From the IMG/VR virus record IMGVR_UViG_3300028888_000047, positions 128,001 through 192,000 of that record: a stretch of 64,000 nt of DNA; one strand, written 5' to 3'. The notes under the pieces were generated by a model. The model saw only the letters and a list, made by a program, of their open reading frames with translations, made no database searches and had not been told where the DNA came from. Made by a program: the position numbers and the translations under genes. Shown here piece after piece: positions 20,316 through 28,892 of the stretch. Origin of the DNA: a virus. Lineage: Duplodnaviria > Caudoviricetes. Within the stretch, counting starts at the first letter, position 1; each line of letters starts with the position of its first letter.

Positions 20316-20502
20316 ATAGTATGTTTTTTTATATTAATTTAAAATTGGCTGACTAGTCTTTTCACAGCCAAGTAGCATATACATACTGCCCAAAGCATTT
20401 GCTTTGTTTGGTTCTTCCAAGCAGTTTCTGCCTTTATAGCCTCCCGTTCGCCTAAAGTCGTTATGCCATAGGTTTATCTACTTTGCAGTAGGGCTATATG
20501 AG

Positions 20503-20587
20503 CTCGCCGGGTGCGATTCGAACACACGGTGTCAAAAGACACGGTAGTTTTGGAGACTACTGGGTTAAACCACTCCCCCACCGGCGA
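20503..20587 (-). tRNA. tRNA-Trp(CCA) with long variable arm
   Basis: TCGCCGG/CCGGCGA-G73, GTAGT-CTCCAAA-ACTAC, V-arm GTGTC-TTTT-GACAC. Confidence 0.88.
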
Positions 20588-20841
20588 ATTTTACATTTCC
20601 AAATATTTTTTTAAATCTTGCTTTTTTAAAATTCCAAGGCAACCTTCTCTCATATCGAATCCTTGGCATGTGGTTACAGACCCATCACGTTCAGTTCGCC
20701 AGTTCCCTGATTAAACAGAAATTGCTCTGCAACACTAGTGCTTAACTTCACTGACTCTCGTATGCGTCGCAGAATTGCACTACTCTACACGTGTATGAAG
20801 AACCGACTTTAACAGAACCTTACCTGTGTCATGGTAACGCA

Positions 20842-21321
20842 TTATTTTATAAGTCTATCTACCCTTCTACAAAACATTATTCCTCCAATATAGTTTCCTT
20901 TGAATTTGTATAATCGCTTCAAATCAAATTCTCTATACCCGCCGAAAAAATGTATGTTTTTGTAAACGGACTCTATTATTTGGCAATAATTAATAAAACG
21001 AATTTTTAACGTTTCCCTACAATCTTTTGCCATATGTTCCCCCAAGTCTTCTAACACAATTCTAACATAAACGTTTTGCTTGCTATTCAAATAATTCAGT
21101 ATTTCAAATACAGAAAAAGTTTCATATTCTGTATTACCACATTTGAAAATAGCTTTTCCATTTTTGTTTAAAAAATATAAATGTATGTCAAAAGCCCTGA
21201 TACCGCATTTTTCGTATTGTTCGAATATGCTTACTGTTTGAGCGCGTTTAAGCCAATTAATAATTCTGTCTTTTAGCCTATGCGGTCTCAAATAACTCAT
21301 TGAATGTAATGAACCTACCAT
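20842..21321 (-). CDS. PI-PLC X-domain-like phosphodiesterase
   Basis: GSLHSMSY...AQTVSI.EQY..GIRAFD pattern. Confidence 0.55.
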   Translation of the reverse strand: MVGSLHSMSYLRPHRLKDRIINWLKRAQTVSIFEQYEKCGIRAFDIHLYFLNKNGKAIFKCGNTEYETFSVFEILNYLNSKQNVYVRIVLEDLGEHMAKDCRETLKIRFINYCQIIESVYKNIHFFGGYREFDLKRLYKFKGNYIGGIMFCRRVDRLIK

Positions 21322-21382
21322 AGTCTATCACTTATAAAAGCCTTATTTAAATAAATATTAGACTATGGCAGGAAAATTACGT

Positions 21383-22765
21383 TTATTCCCACCAAGTAAT
21401 AGATGGGTCTTTAATCCAATCCACAAACTCAGGATAAGAGTCTTGAATTGGTACTCTTTCATCAGACCAATCTACAGTCGTCGGAACTGCAATCATTTCA
21501 GCAGGGCTACCTGGGTCTACCGTCAACTGAATTACTTGATTATTAACTTGCACTACAACAGGCAATGCGTTAATGGCATCCCAAGCGGTTTCATATTCTC
21601 CTTCTGGCAATGTAACAGAAAAACTTACCGGGTCTTCGTCTGTGTGCCTATTTGGCTGTGTGTTTACCATTGTAGTTGTTGATACACCAAATAGTCCGTG
21701 CACTTCTTGTCCTCCAATTGTTAAAGGTAACGTACCACCAGCGGCTCTCAAAATAATGTCAGCTGTGTATTCATCACCATTCTTGGTAAATTTAATATCA
21801 AACACAACATCATTATAATCAAAATCTGATGTGGCTGCGCCAAGGTCTTCACACATTACTCTTACGTAATCTACAGGGGTTGGTATAACTTCTCCTTCAC
21901 CTGGAATAATCTTTATAATCCAATCATTATATACGTAATCCCTAACATCTAACTCGTTCTCGTTAGCATCAGAACCTTGCTTGGCTGATTCGTGGTCAAA
22001 ACCAACATAGTAATTTCCATTGATTTTTTCCATTCTCCAATGCTTATACCAACGCTGTCCGCCGCCTTGTGATGTTTTGAAACTAAAGTCCTCAGTGGCA
22101 GAATTCCACATAAGCATACATCCATCCCAAGCAGTACAAGTTCCTGCGTTGAAATTGTTAATAATGTCGTCAAATGGAGTTACCTGTGAAACCGTTGTCT
22201 CAGCTTCATACGGCCACCAACTAATAACATTTGTAGTAACTTCATAATCAACAGTTGTAGCAAGTTCATTCATCTTACTTCCATTAGGGCCAGTGTAAAC
22301 CTGTTGCACAAAGAAGTTCTTCACGTGAATTAATGGCACATAACTGGTGTCACCTTTTTCGTTAAATACAGCCAACACTTCTGCCAATTCGTCATCGGTT
22401 ATTGGGTCTGGCTGAGGCCAATCAAGATACTTGTCATTATCATCATGAGTACCCCACTGATTTCCATTAGGCTGTGCTGCACGAGTTAAAGCTTTATTAG
22501 TTACGTCAACCAATGGTACATAATTCATACCCCATTTATGCCCAGCATAATCTTTTGGAGAAACATTAAAAGTACTATTAAAGTCATAAGAATAGACTTC
22601 TTTCTTGCTGTCCTGATAATTGCCAAAATCATGCTTTGAACATGAGGCAAAGGCTACTAACATTGTAGCGAAAATAATAAAAATCTTTTTATCCATATAT
22701 TTAATTTTATCATAAATATTTTCCTTAAAATAAAAAATGAGGGCATCATATAACATTACTGTCAT
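21383..22765 (-). CDS. Bacteroidetes lipoprotein with DUF4842/LruC-like C-terminal domain (likely start MDKK ~22696)
   Basis: Lipobox FASC; CEDLG..DFDYNDVVFD, AAGGTLP, W..ER..I...YP.F..W. Confidence 0.7.
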   Translation of the reverse strand: MTVMLYDALIFYFKENIYDKIKYMDKKIFIIFATMLVAFASCSKHDFGNYQDSKKEVYSYDFNSTFNVSPKDYAGHKWGMNYVPLVDVTNKALTRAAQPNGNQWGTHDDNDKYLDWPQPDPITDDELAEVLAVFNEKGDTSYVPLIHVKNFFVQQVYTGPNGSKMNELATTVDYEVTTNVISWWPYEAETTVSQVTPFDDIINNFNAGTCTAWDGCMLMWNSATEDFSFKTSQGGGQRWYKHWRMEKINGNYYVGFDHESAKQGSDANENELDVRDYVYNDWIIKIIPGEGEVIPTPVDYVRVMCEDLGAATSDFDYNDVVFDIKFTKNGDEYTADIILRAAGGTLPLTIGGQEVHGLFGVSTTTMVNTQPNRHTDEDPVSFSVTLPEGEYETAWDAINALPVVVQVNNQVIQLTVDPGSPAEMIAVPTTVDWSDERVPIQDSYPEFVDWIKDPSITWWE

Positions 22766-23020
22766 TGCGCCCTCGTAACATTTCTCATAAAAGGGCTGTA
22801 CATCACCTAATATGAAACGAGACTAACGTAAATCTCAACCGACACCATTAAGCTACCCATAAACGCTTTCGCGCACTTTCGCACTCAATCAGGTGTTTTC
22901 CGCCCCTATCCATCGGCACGGGATTTTCCACGCATTACCTTTTTCCGAAACTATTTCTTTACGTGGCAGCCATACGTCAACTTGGACTGCATATGACATA
23001 CAGCGATGGCTTAATTAAAC
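22735..23020 (-). ncRNA. Unidentified structured ncRNA (~280 nt)
   Basis: GC-elevated non-coding stretch after a promoter (~23061); GNRA-capped hairpins (GCGAAAGT, GCGCGAAAGCG); ends in a GAGGGC...GCCCTC hairpin plus T-tract. Confidence 0.5.
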
Positions 23021-23092
23021 CATAATATATCAATTTCTTAATATATCCTCATTTACAGTACAAATTTACAAAAAATAATTTAAAAACAAAAA

Positions 23093-23695
23093 TTATTTGA
23101 AATATTTTTTAGTTTCAGTATCAACTTCTTTTATAATTGTTGGTATTCTATAGCAACCTGACATTCTTTTTATTGCTCTAATTAATCCAAAACTACATAA
23201 CAATTTACCATATTTCCCAAAATAAAGGTTAAAACTTGTTATATACAATGGCTTTTTGCTTTCTCCCCTATAACATATGCCATACTCGCTATCGTCACCA
23301 TATAGAGTTTTAGCTATTCCAACAATATTTAATCGTTTTTTTGCCTTTCTTTCAAGATAATGTTTAGCCAATGCCATTCTTAAATGGCACCCCAAACCTC
23401 TTTTTATTGGTCCGGAAACAAATTCGTTTCTTGCTGAAATATATCCCAATTCTTTCAAATAAACATATCCATCAATTATAATGGTGTCAAATTCATTCAA
23501 ATCTATTTGCTTAAGTAGTTCTACTATTCCCGGTAATTCCCTCTTGTAAAATTCACCAGGTATATATTCTGAACCTATTTTTACATCAGCGTATATAAAC
23601 TTTGATGCGTGTTCATCAACCCACTTATTAAATATACCTCCAACAACGTGGCAGATGTTATCCTTATAATATGCATCAATGGCAATTTTCTTCAT
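23093..23695 (-). CDS. nfi: Endonuclease V-like protein
   Basis: AIDAYY, YIPGEFYKRELP, IIDGY, GLG, VGIAK. Confidence 0.8.
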   Translation of the reverse strand: MKKIAIDAYYKDNICHVVGGIFNKWVDEHASKFIYADVKIGSEYIPGEFYKRELPGIVELLKQIDLNEFDTIIIDGYVYLKELGYISARNEFVSGPIKRGLGCHLRMALAKHYLERKAKKRLNIVGIAKTLYGDDSEYGICYRGESKKPLYITSFNLYFGKYGKLLCSFGLIRAIKRMSGCYRIPTIIKEVDTETKKYFK

Positions 23696-23801
23696 AATAT
23701 AGAAGTTAAAAAACGCATTAGTAAGTTTTTCTTAAACTACCGCTTCGCTCTTTTTCCGCTTATCGTCCTCCACCATGAATGGGGATTTACTAATGCATAT
23801 G

Positions 23802-23894
23802 CGGAGGATGAGAGGCTCGAACTCCCGCGCCGAAGGGTCTCTTCGACCTAACACGTTAGCAATGTGTCCCCGTCACCAACTTGGGTAATCCTCC
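23802..23894 (-). tRNA. tRNA-Ser(GCT)
   Basis: GGAGGAT/ATCCTCC-G, loop TTGCTAA, long V-arm. Confidence 0.92.
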
Positions 23895-24170
23895 TTAAAT
23901 ATAATACTTACATTCCACCATCCCGTACAACTGTAATGCTTGCCTTGATGTAAGATACTTACATTCGTTGCCTACGGTAACTTCTCTGAGTTTTGACCTC
24001 AGTATGTCCTTCTGTATGCTATTTTAAAAAAATCATTTCTACACACTAGCAGCCTCGCGTCGTTTACTCTAGTACCTTCCAAATGCATCTACACACCTAA
24101 ATCAACACATATAGTATTTCATTAGCAATGCAGTCTACAGCAAATGGCTCCAGTCCCACCCTCGAAATGA

Positions 24171-24467
24171 TTATTTTTTGAATTCTATACAAGCAATTTC
24201 ATCACGATGCAGCGTTTTATATTCATTTTCAACATGTTGTTTTAATGAACGTGTATTCCCGTCAAAAATTTGTTTATGGCGTTCAATCACTAAATCAACA
24301 GCATTACCATGAAATGTTGCATTTAGTAAAACATCGCCATTACGTTTGCTTATTTCGCCGCCATTAAATGATTTTCTTTTGCTGCCATTTTCGTAAAACC
24401 AGAACTTATATATATTCTCGGTTTCTCCAATTCTTTTTTGCCAATCTTTCCAATATTTCTTTGTCAT
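24171..24467 (-). CDS. Hypothetical protein
   Basis: ORF track. Confidence 0.55.
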   Translation of the reverse strand: MTKKYWKDWQKRIGETENIYKFWFYENGSKRKSFNGGEISKRNGDVLLNATFHGNAVDLVIERHKQIFDGNTRSLKQHVENEYKTLHRDEIACIEFKK

Positions 24468-24518
24468 AAATTAGCCGCCACCCATTGATATTGTCTCCCC
24501 CAACTGAGAAGGGTATTG

Positions 24519-24593
24519 TACTCCATACAGGATTCCAACCTGTGACCCAGGGTTTAGGAAACCCTTGCTCTAATGCTGCTGAGCTAATGGAGC
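24519..24593 (-). tRNA. tRNA-Arg(CCT), C19-G56 elbow variant
   Basis: AGGGT-TTCCTAA-ACCCT; D-loop ..GC.., T-loop TTGGAAT. Confidence 0.88.
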
Positions 24594-24703
24594 AAAAAAA
24601 ACATATTCACTGGGCTTAGCTTCCCGAAGAAGAAATGCGCGTAAAACCCATTGGACGGAACGTTACTCATCCTTTTCCGCATTTTTAAGTGGAATATGCT
24701 TTG

Positions 24704-24777
24704 AGCCTCCAGAGGGATTCGAACCCACGACCCCGAGATTACAAATCACGTGCTCTAGCCAACTGAGCTATGGAGGC
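24704..24777 (-). tRNA. tRNA-Thr(TGT)
   Basis: Canonical cloverleaf, loop TTTGTAA. Confidence 0.93.
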
Positions 24778-25088
24778 AAAATTATCTATTGTTTCACTAG
24801 TGGCGTACAACAGACAAAACGCCACTCTTCTCGTGAGTTACTCGGAGGATTTAATCAGACGCACCACCAATTTCCTCGAACCCGTGTTCATCTTTCTGGT
24901 AAGTGACCAACCCATCAAGCCTACAGGCAGTACTTGAGAAAATGCCCGCCCCTCAAGCAAAAATTCGAAGCGCTATGCATAATTGCGAGAGACTGTTATA
25001 CGTTTGCCTTCAATGGCTATGTTCGTCTTGTATGCTACAAATATACAAAAAATAGATATAAAAAAGAAATTTAAAATGTTAAATTTTG

Positions 25089-25220
25089 TTAAATATAATC
25101 TTCATTTCCACAACTATTACATATGGCTCTATCTGTCATCATCCCTGCTCTAACAGATACATTTCTACTGCCACATCTTTTGCAGATAAGTTCTCCATTT
25201 TTATAATCAAAGCCTTCCAT
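25089..25220 (-). CDS. 43-aa zinc-ribbon protein
   Basis: CKRCGS...CNSCG. Confidence 0.6.
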   Translation of the reverse strand: MEGFDYKNGELICKRCGSRNVSVRAGMMTDRAICNSCGNEDYI

Positions 25221-25434
25221 AAATATTTTTCTTTTAAAAAGGTAGGTACTTTATATAAAAAGATTAGTAAGTTGCATGATTTGCTAATCGACCATGTTCT
25301 AAACCTGGCTTCGCATGCATCACTTCAGCAATTCAGTTTAGACATATACGTTTTATATAGTTGCCTACCGGCAAAACCTACATACTTTGAGTGACGCTTG
25401 GCGACTCTCAGGGAATAGTAGGACTCAAATATGA

Positions 25435-25770
25435 CTATTCTAATATCTCAACAACTTTTCCAAATATATTATCCTTTGATATTGTACCATTTATACCACC
25501 ACGGTTATTGCCAATGAGATACCTATCACCACTTTTAACTGCTTGTATAAGGTGCAAGTAATAATGACCTTTAACTTTGCATAATACAATATTCTTTTTT
25601 TCAAGAACAGTTTCCTCATTAACGGGTTCACATATGACAGATTGACCGCTTTTTAAAATTGGAAGCATGCTGTTGCCATAGCCTGTTATTTTTCCATATA
25701 AACCATTTTTAAGATTTTCTGCACTTATTTTATTTTCTTTACCTTCAAAATCATATGAATATTCTGCCAT
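25435..25770 (-). CDS. S24/S26 peptidase-like protein
   Basis: GNSMLPILKSG...YYLHLI...GNN. Confidence 0.6.
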   Translation of the reverse strand: MAEYSYDFEGKENKISAENLKNGLYGKITGYGNSMLPILKSGQSVICEPVNEETVLEKKNIVLCKVKGHYYLHLIQAVKSGDRYLIGNNRGGINGTISKDNIFGKVVEILE

Positions 25771-25777
25771 ATTAAAT

Positions 25778-26026
25778 TTACCCTTTTATCTTAATAAGCG
25801 TATCATCCTCGTTGGCCTTTCTAATCCACCTCATAAGTAGCAGAGCCTTTTCTGTTACATTGAATGAAGCAGATTCGCCAACATCAGATTTGTTACTCAC
25901 ATCTATCTCTAATTGGTATTCAGTATTATCAACTGCAATTATTTTGTATACAGCAATGCCTCCTGCTAAAACAGATTGCAATTGAGCAATACCTTTTACC
26001 AATGGTTTAATGTCCTGCACTATCAT
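25778..26026 (-). CDS. Hypothetical protein
   Basis: ORF track. Confidence 0.6.
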   Translation of the reverse strand: MIVQDIKPLVKGIAQLQSVLAGGIAVYKIIAVDNTEYQLEIDVSNKSDVGESASFNVTEKALLLMRWIRKANEDDTLIKIKG

Positions 26027-26831
26027 TTGTTTCTTTTATTAATGTATTAGCAATATCAATATAATCCTTATTTATTTCAATGCCTATGAAATTTCTATTT
26101 GTCTTAATGGCTGCGATTGCTGTTGTTCCACCTCCCATAAATGGGTCTAACACTATATCACCTTCATTTGACCAAGATAATATATGCCTCAGTGGAAGTT
26201 CAAGAGGAAATACAGCTGGATGCTTTATTTGTTTTTCATTTACCTCAAATAATCTCTTGTTTCGAGCAACTGCCATATCCCATATCTGGTAATCTATCAT
26301 TTTATTACTGACGTGGTAGTTTATCTCTTTTCTACCTTTCTCGCCTCCCATTATCTTAACTGTAGAGGCATATAGTTTACCAGCTGATTTACAAGGTATC
26401 ATTATAGGATTGAATGTCTTAGGCCTCTTACCTTTAACAAAACAAAACATAAACTCAACACATCTTGTATATCTGGGCTGCCTTACCTGTGGCATAGGAT
26501 TCTTCTTCCTCCAAAACATATAATCGTTAAGGCTAAAACCGCATACATCCATAAAGTAAATCGCTTGTCTCATTGATGTACCACTTCTGCTACCGTTTTC
26601 AGTCTTATCGTCAACGTTCCATATAAGAACACCACCATCTTTCAAAACCCTGTATAATTCTCTTGCTATTGCTTCGAATTTATCCTTGCTCCAACAATCT
26701 GTACATACTCCATTGTACGTGCGTAGATTGTCATATGGTGGTGACGTAACGATTAAATCAATTGAGTTATCATCAATTTGTTTCAGCAACTCCTCTGAAT
26801 CGCCACAATAAATATTGTTTAAATCTAACAT
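26007..26831 (-). CDS. N4/N6 DNA methyltransferase (beta class)
   Basis: TSPPY, HPAVFP, DPFMGGGTT. Confidence 0.92.
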   Translation of the reverse strand: MLDLNNIYCGDSEELLKQIDDNSIDLIVTSPPYDNLRTYNGVCTDCWSKDKFEAIARELYRVLKDGGVLIWNVDDKTENGSRSGTSMRQAIYFMDVCGFSLNDYMFWRKKNPMPQVRQPRYTRCVEFMFCFVKGKRPKTFNPIMIPCKSAGKLYASTVKIMGGEKGRKEINYHVSNKMIDYQIWDMAVARNKRLFEVNEKQIKHPAVFPLELPLRHILSWSNEGDIVLDPFMGGGTTAIAAIKTNRNFIGIEINKDYIDIANTLIKETNDSAGH

Positions 26832-26846
26832 AAAATTGTCTTTTTG

Positions 26847-26923
26847 TGACCCTAGTAGGATTCGAACCCACGATGAAAAATCGGTTTAGAAGCGACCGCA
26901 TTCGACCACTCTGCCATAGGGCC
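26847..26923 (-). tRNA. Amber suppressor tRNA (anticodon CUA)
   Basis: GGCCCTA/TAGGGTC-A73; anticodon arm GTCGC-TTCTAAA-CCGAT (CTA at 26889-26887); T-arm GTGGG-TTCGAAT-CCTAC. Confidence 0.75.
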
Positions 26924-26950
26924 AATTGGCTGCATTTTTACAGCCATATA

Positions 26951-27241
26951 TTATTTTGAACCGACAAGTTTTAATTTCTTAAATAACCTATCATGTCCTA
27001 AAATAGCTAAAGATGTGGTTTTATTACCAAGGTCTGGTTCTTTAAATTCAGTATAACTTACCCCAAGAACAGATAACTTGTTTTTCCACTTGTTAACATC
27101 AGCACTCAAATAAATCAAGTACTCATTTTCCCATCCACTATTATGTTCAAGTAACCATTGTGCCACTGCGTGACCGCCTTGAACACAACCATATACCGCA
27201 TCAAGCGATTTATCAATCAATACGTATAACTTATTTTTCAT
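26951..27241 (-). CDS. Peptidyl-tRNA hydrolase II (Pth2)-like protein
   Basis: KLYVLI...L......VQGGHAVA...LIYL...F.EPDLGN.TT.LA. Confidence 0.7.
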   Translation of the reverse strand: MKNKLYVLIDKSLDAVYGCVQGGHAVAQWLLEHNSGWENEYLIYLSADVNKWKNKLSVLGVSYTEFKEPDLGNKTTSLAILGHDRLFKKLKLVGSK

Positions 27242-27539
27242 CTGAATCAGCGTATAAGTTATAGTATTTAATAACCTGGTTCTTGAAATAAGGAATAGCC
27301 TCAGATTCAGTTAAATCTCCTCCGGTATAAACAATTCTACCGTGATAAAGACCTTTCCAACAACGTTTTCTTACTTCGTCCTCAAGATATTTATCACGTT
27401 CTTCTCCAACTATTCTGTGTTTGAAGAGATAATATGCAACATAGAAATAATGTGCATGATAAGGTTTTTTAACTTCTTCTTTAAACTTTAAATACTGTTC
27501 CTTTGTGGTTGCTTTATTTGTAAATTGTAATTTTTCCAT
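27231..27539 (-). CDS. Hypothetical protein coupled to the Pth2-like gene
   Basis: Overlaps the Pth2-like start; its initiation region is sequestered by a 15-bp inverted repeat. Confidence 0.65.
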   Translation of the reverse strand: MEKLQFTNKATTKEQYLKFKEEVKKPYHAHYFYVAYYLFKHRIVGEERDKYLEDEVRKRCWKGLYHGRIVYTGGDLTESEAIPYFKNQVIKYYNLYADSDEK

Positions 27540-27547
27540 AATATAAA

Positions 27548-27744
27548 AAATTCTAGTATAATTATTTTTTTTGGCTTGGTTTTCGCCAGTGTTTTAAGCA
27601 ATTTATGTAAACTAAACATGTTGATGCACTTTCAGCACCATCATACCCACTTGCCTATGGGCGTATTATACTAGAATTTATATTTGGACTACGTATCCTC
27701 TTCAGCTACCAATGTTGGTCAGTAATCTACCAAAAACTATTCAT
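27548..27744 (-). promoter_or_regulatory. Amber-containing leader uORF plus sequestering hairpin (putative translational attenuator)
   Basis: ATG 27744: MNSFW*ITDQHW*LKRIRSPNINSSIIRP* (all three stops TAG); perfect IR 27665-27679 / 27548-27562. Confidence 0.6.
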
Positions 27745-27767
27745 AACTAATAAATATTAAATTATTA

Positions 27768-27843
27768 TGGGGGCAGTGAGGGAATCAAACCCACGTAAAC
27801 AAGTGCCACAAACTTGCGCCTAAGTCTCTCGGCCAACTGTCCC
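27768..27843 (-). tRNA. tRNA-His(GTG), A19-U56 variant
   Basis: G-1 present; CAAGT-TTGTGGC-ACTTG; T-loop TTTGATT. Confidence 0.88.
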
Positions 27844-27847
27844 ATAT

Positions 27848-27890
27848 TTAGGAAACATTTTTTTTCATATCTATTTTTGGCTGTTTCCTT
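27848..27890 (-). ncRNA. ACAGCAA-stem RNA #2 (minimal/degenerate)
   Basis: AAGGAAACAGCC...GTTTCCTA. Confidence 0.5.
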
Positions 27891-27899
27891 GTATTTCAG

Positions 27900-27973
27900 C
27901 GGTCCGTACGGGTAACAATCCCGTCATTTCCGCCGTGACAGGGCGGCGTCTTCATCGTGCAGACCCACGGACC
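27900..27973 (-). tRNA. tRNA-Asp(GTC), non-canonical elbow
   Basis: CCGCC-CTGTCAC-GGCGG; T-loop ATTGTTA. Confidence 0.85.
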
Positions 27974-27980
27974 ATTTTTT

Positions 27981-28028
27981 TTAGGTAACCGTTTGTATAA
28001 CCTTACATTGTTTGCTGTTAGTTACCTT
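27981..28028 (-). ncRNA. ACAGCAA-stem RNA #3
   Basis: AAGGTAAC-TAACAGCAA...GTTACCTAA (compensatory T-A pair). Confidence 0.75.
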
Positions 28029-28032
28029 GTTG

Positions 28033-28105
28033 AGCAGGTTTCTCGATTCGAACGAGTCTTTGATACAGGATTGTATCACGTGCTAAGCCATTACACCAGA
28101 ACCGC
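28033..28105 (-). ncRNA. tRNA-like RNA lacking a normal anticodon loop (Gly-like body)
   Basis: D-arm and T-arm intact; anticodon arm TGATACA-ATCC-TGTATCA (7 bp, 4-nt loop); U73. Confidence 0.65.
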
Positions 28106-28113
28106 AAAAAAAA

Positions 28114-28172
28114 TTAGGAAGCATTTTATATATTACCACAAACCATTAAAAAAACTTGCTGTTAGCTTCCTT
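28114..28172 (-). ncRNA. ACAGCAA-stem RNA #4
   Basis: AAGGAAGC-TAACAGCAA...GCTTCCTAA; cargo contains TTGTGGT (His-loop-like). Confidence 0.75.
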
Positions 28173-28184
28173 GCTTTTTTATAA

Positions 28185-28362
28185 GCGTAGCAGGGTTATC
28201 ACTTTTCACCCAATAGCGACGATTCACACGTTAAACGTATCTGCATACACTAGGACACAGCATTTAGTCCTATCTGCGCACTGAGGCTTTAAGTCCACTC
28301 CGTTTTTGGGGCTTCCTACTAAACAGCAACAAGTGCTGCGTAGAGGAATGACACTTTCTGCT
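28185..28362 (-). ncRNA. Unidentified structured ncRNA
   Basis: Closed by GCAG..GTGTCA / TGATAAC..CTGC; internal TAGGAC...GTCCTA hairpin. Confidence 0.45.
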
Positions 28363-28365
28363 TTG

Positions 28366-28447
28366 TTGCGGGGGTGAGATTTGCACTCACGAACCACATG
28401 GGACCGGCTTATGAGACCGGCGAATTTGACTACTTTTCTACCCCGCT
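28366..28447 (-). tRNA. tRNA-Met(CAT), initiator-like (1:72 mismatch), extended variable region
   Basis: AGCGGGG/CCCCGCA; CCGGT-CTCATAA-GCCGG; T-loop TGCAAAT. Confidence 0.82.
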
Positions 28448-28450
28448 ATA

Positions 28451-28738
28451 TTATTTCAATAATTCTTTTAACTTTTTCAGTTCCTCAATTTTCTTATTGA
28501 TTGATTCGCAATCAAATGTATTTTCAAAATCTTCTTTTACAAGGTTATTTAACAAAACATCAACCTCATGCTTAACATCTTCATACAGTTCAACATAATA
28601 TTTTTGTCCAATAATCTTTTGTGCTTCAACTTTTTCATATCCTGCCTCTACAAGATTTTTATAAAGCTCTTTTCTAAAATCAGCGTCTAAAATTTTTCCC
28701 ATAACTTGTATTTTTAATAAACTAACGCAAATATACAA
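28451..28738 (-). CDS. Hypothetical protein (likely start MGKIL ~28702)
   Basis: Promoter at ~28727 lies within the extended ORF. Confidence 0.6.
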   Translation of the reverse strand: MYICVSLLKIQVMGKILDADFRKELYKNLVEAGYEKVEAQKIIGQKYYVELYEDVKHEVDVLLNNLVKEDFENTFDCESINKKIEELKKLKELLK

Positions 28739-28892
28739 AAAATATTTGTAAAAAAGAAATTTTTAATGAAAAAAAATCCTAAACTCTTCCCCATAGCTTT
28801 CGAACATAGTTAAACTAACTGACCGGCGACACAAAACTTGGAGGCCATCCCAATGAGGTCACGTTGCTTTCAGTGTTAGGGTTTTTTTATTG

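Noticed and set aside
22735-23020. RNase P RNA (GGAAAATCC resembles the GGAAAGTCC P4 strand)
   Set aside because: No matching 3' P4 strand (ACAnAAnnCGGCTTA-like) was found, so it is left as an unidentified ncRNA.
26847-26923. Reading the suppressor tRNA as tRNA-Arg(TCT)
   Set aside because: The CTTCTAA register leaves the anticodon stem unpaired, while the TTCTAAA (CUA) register gives 4 of 5 pairs and correct D-arm spacing.
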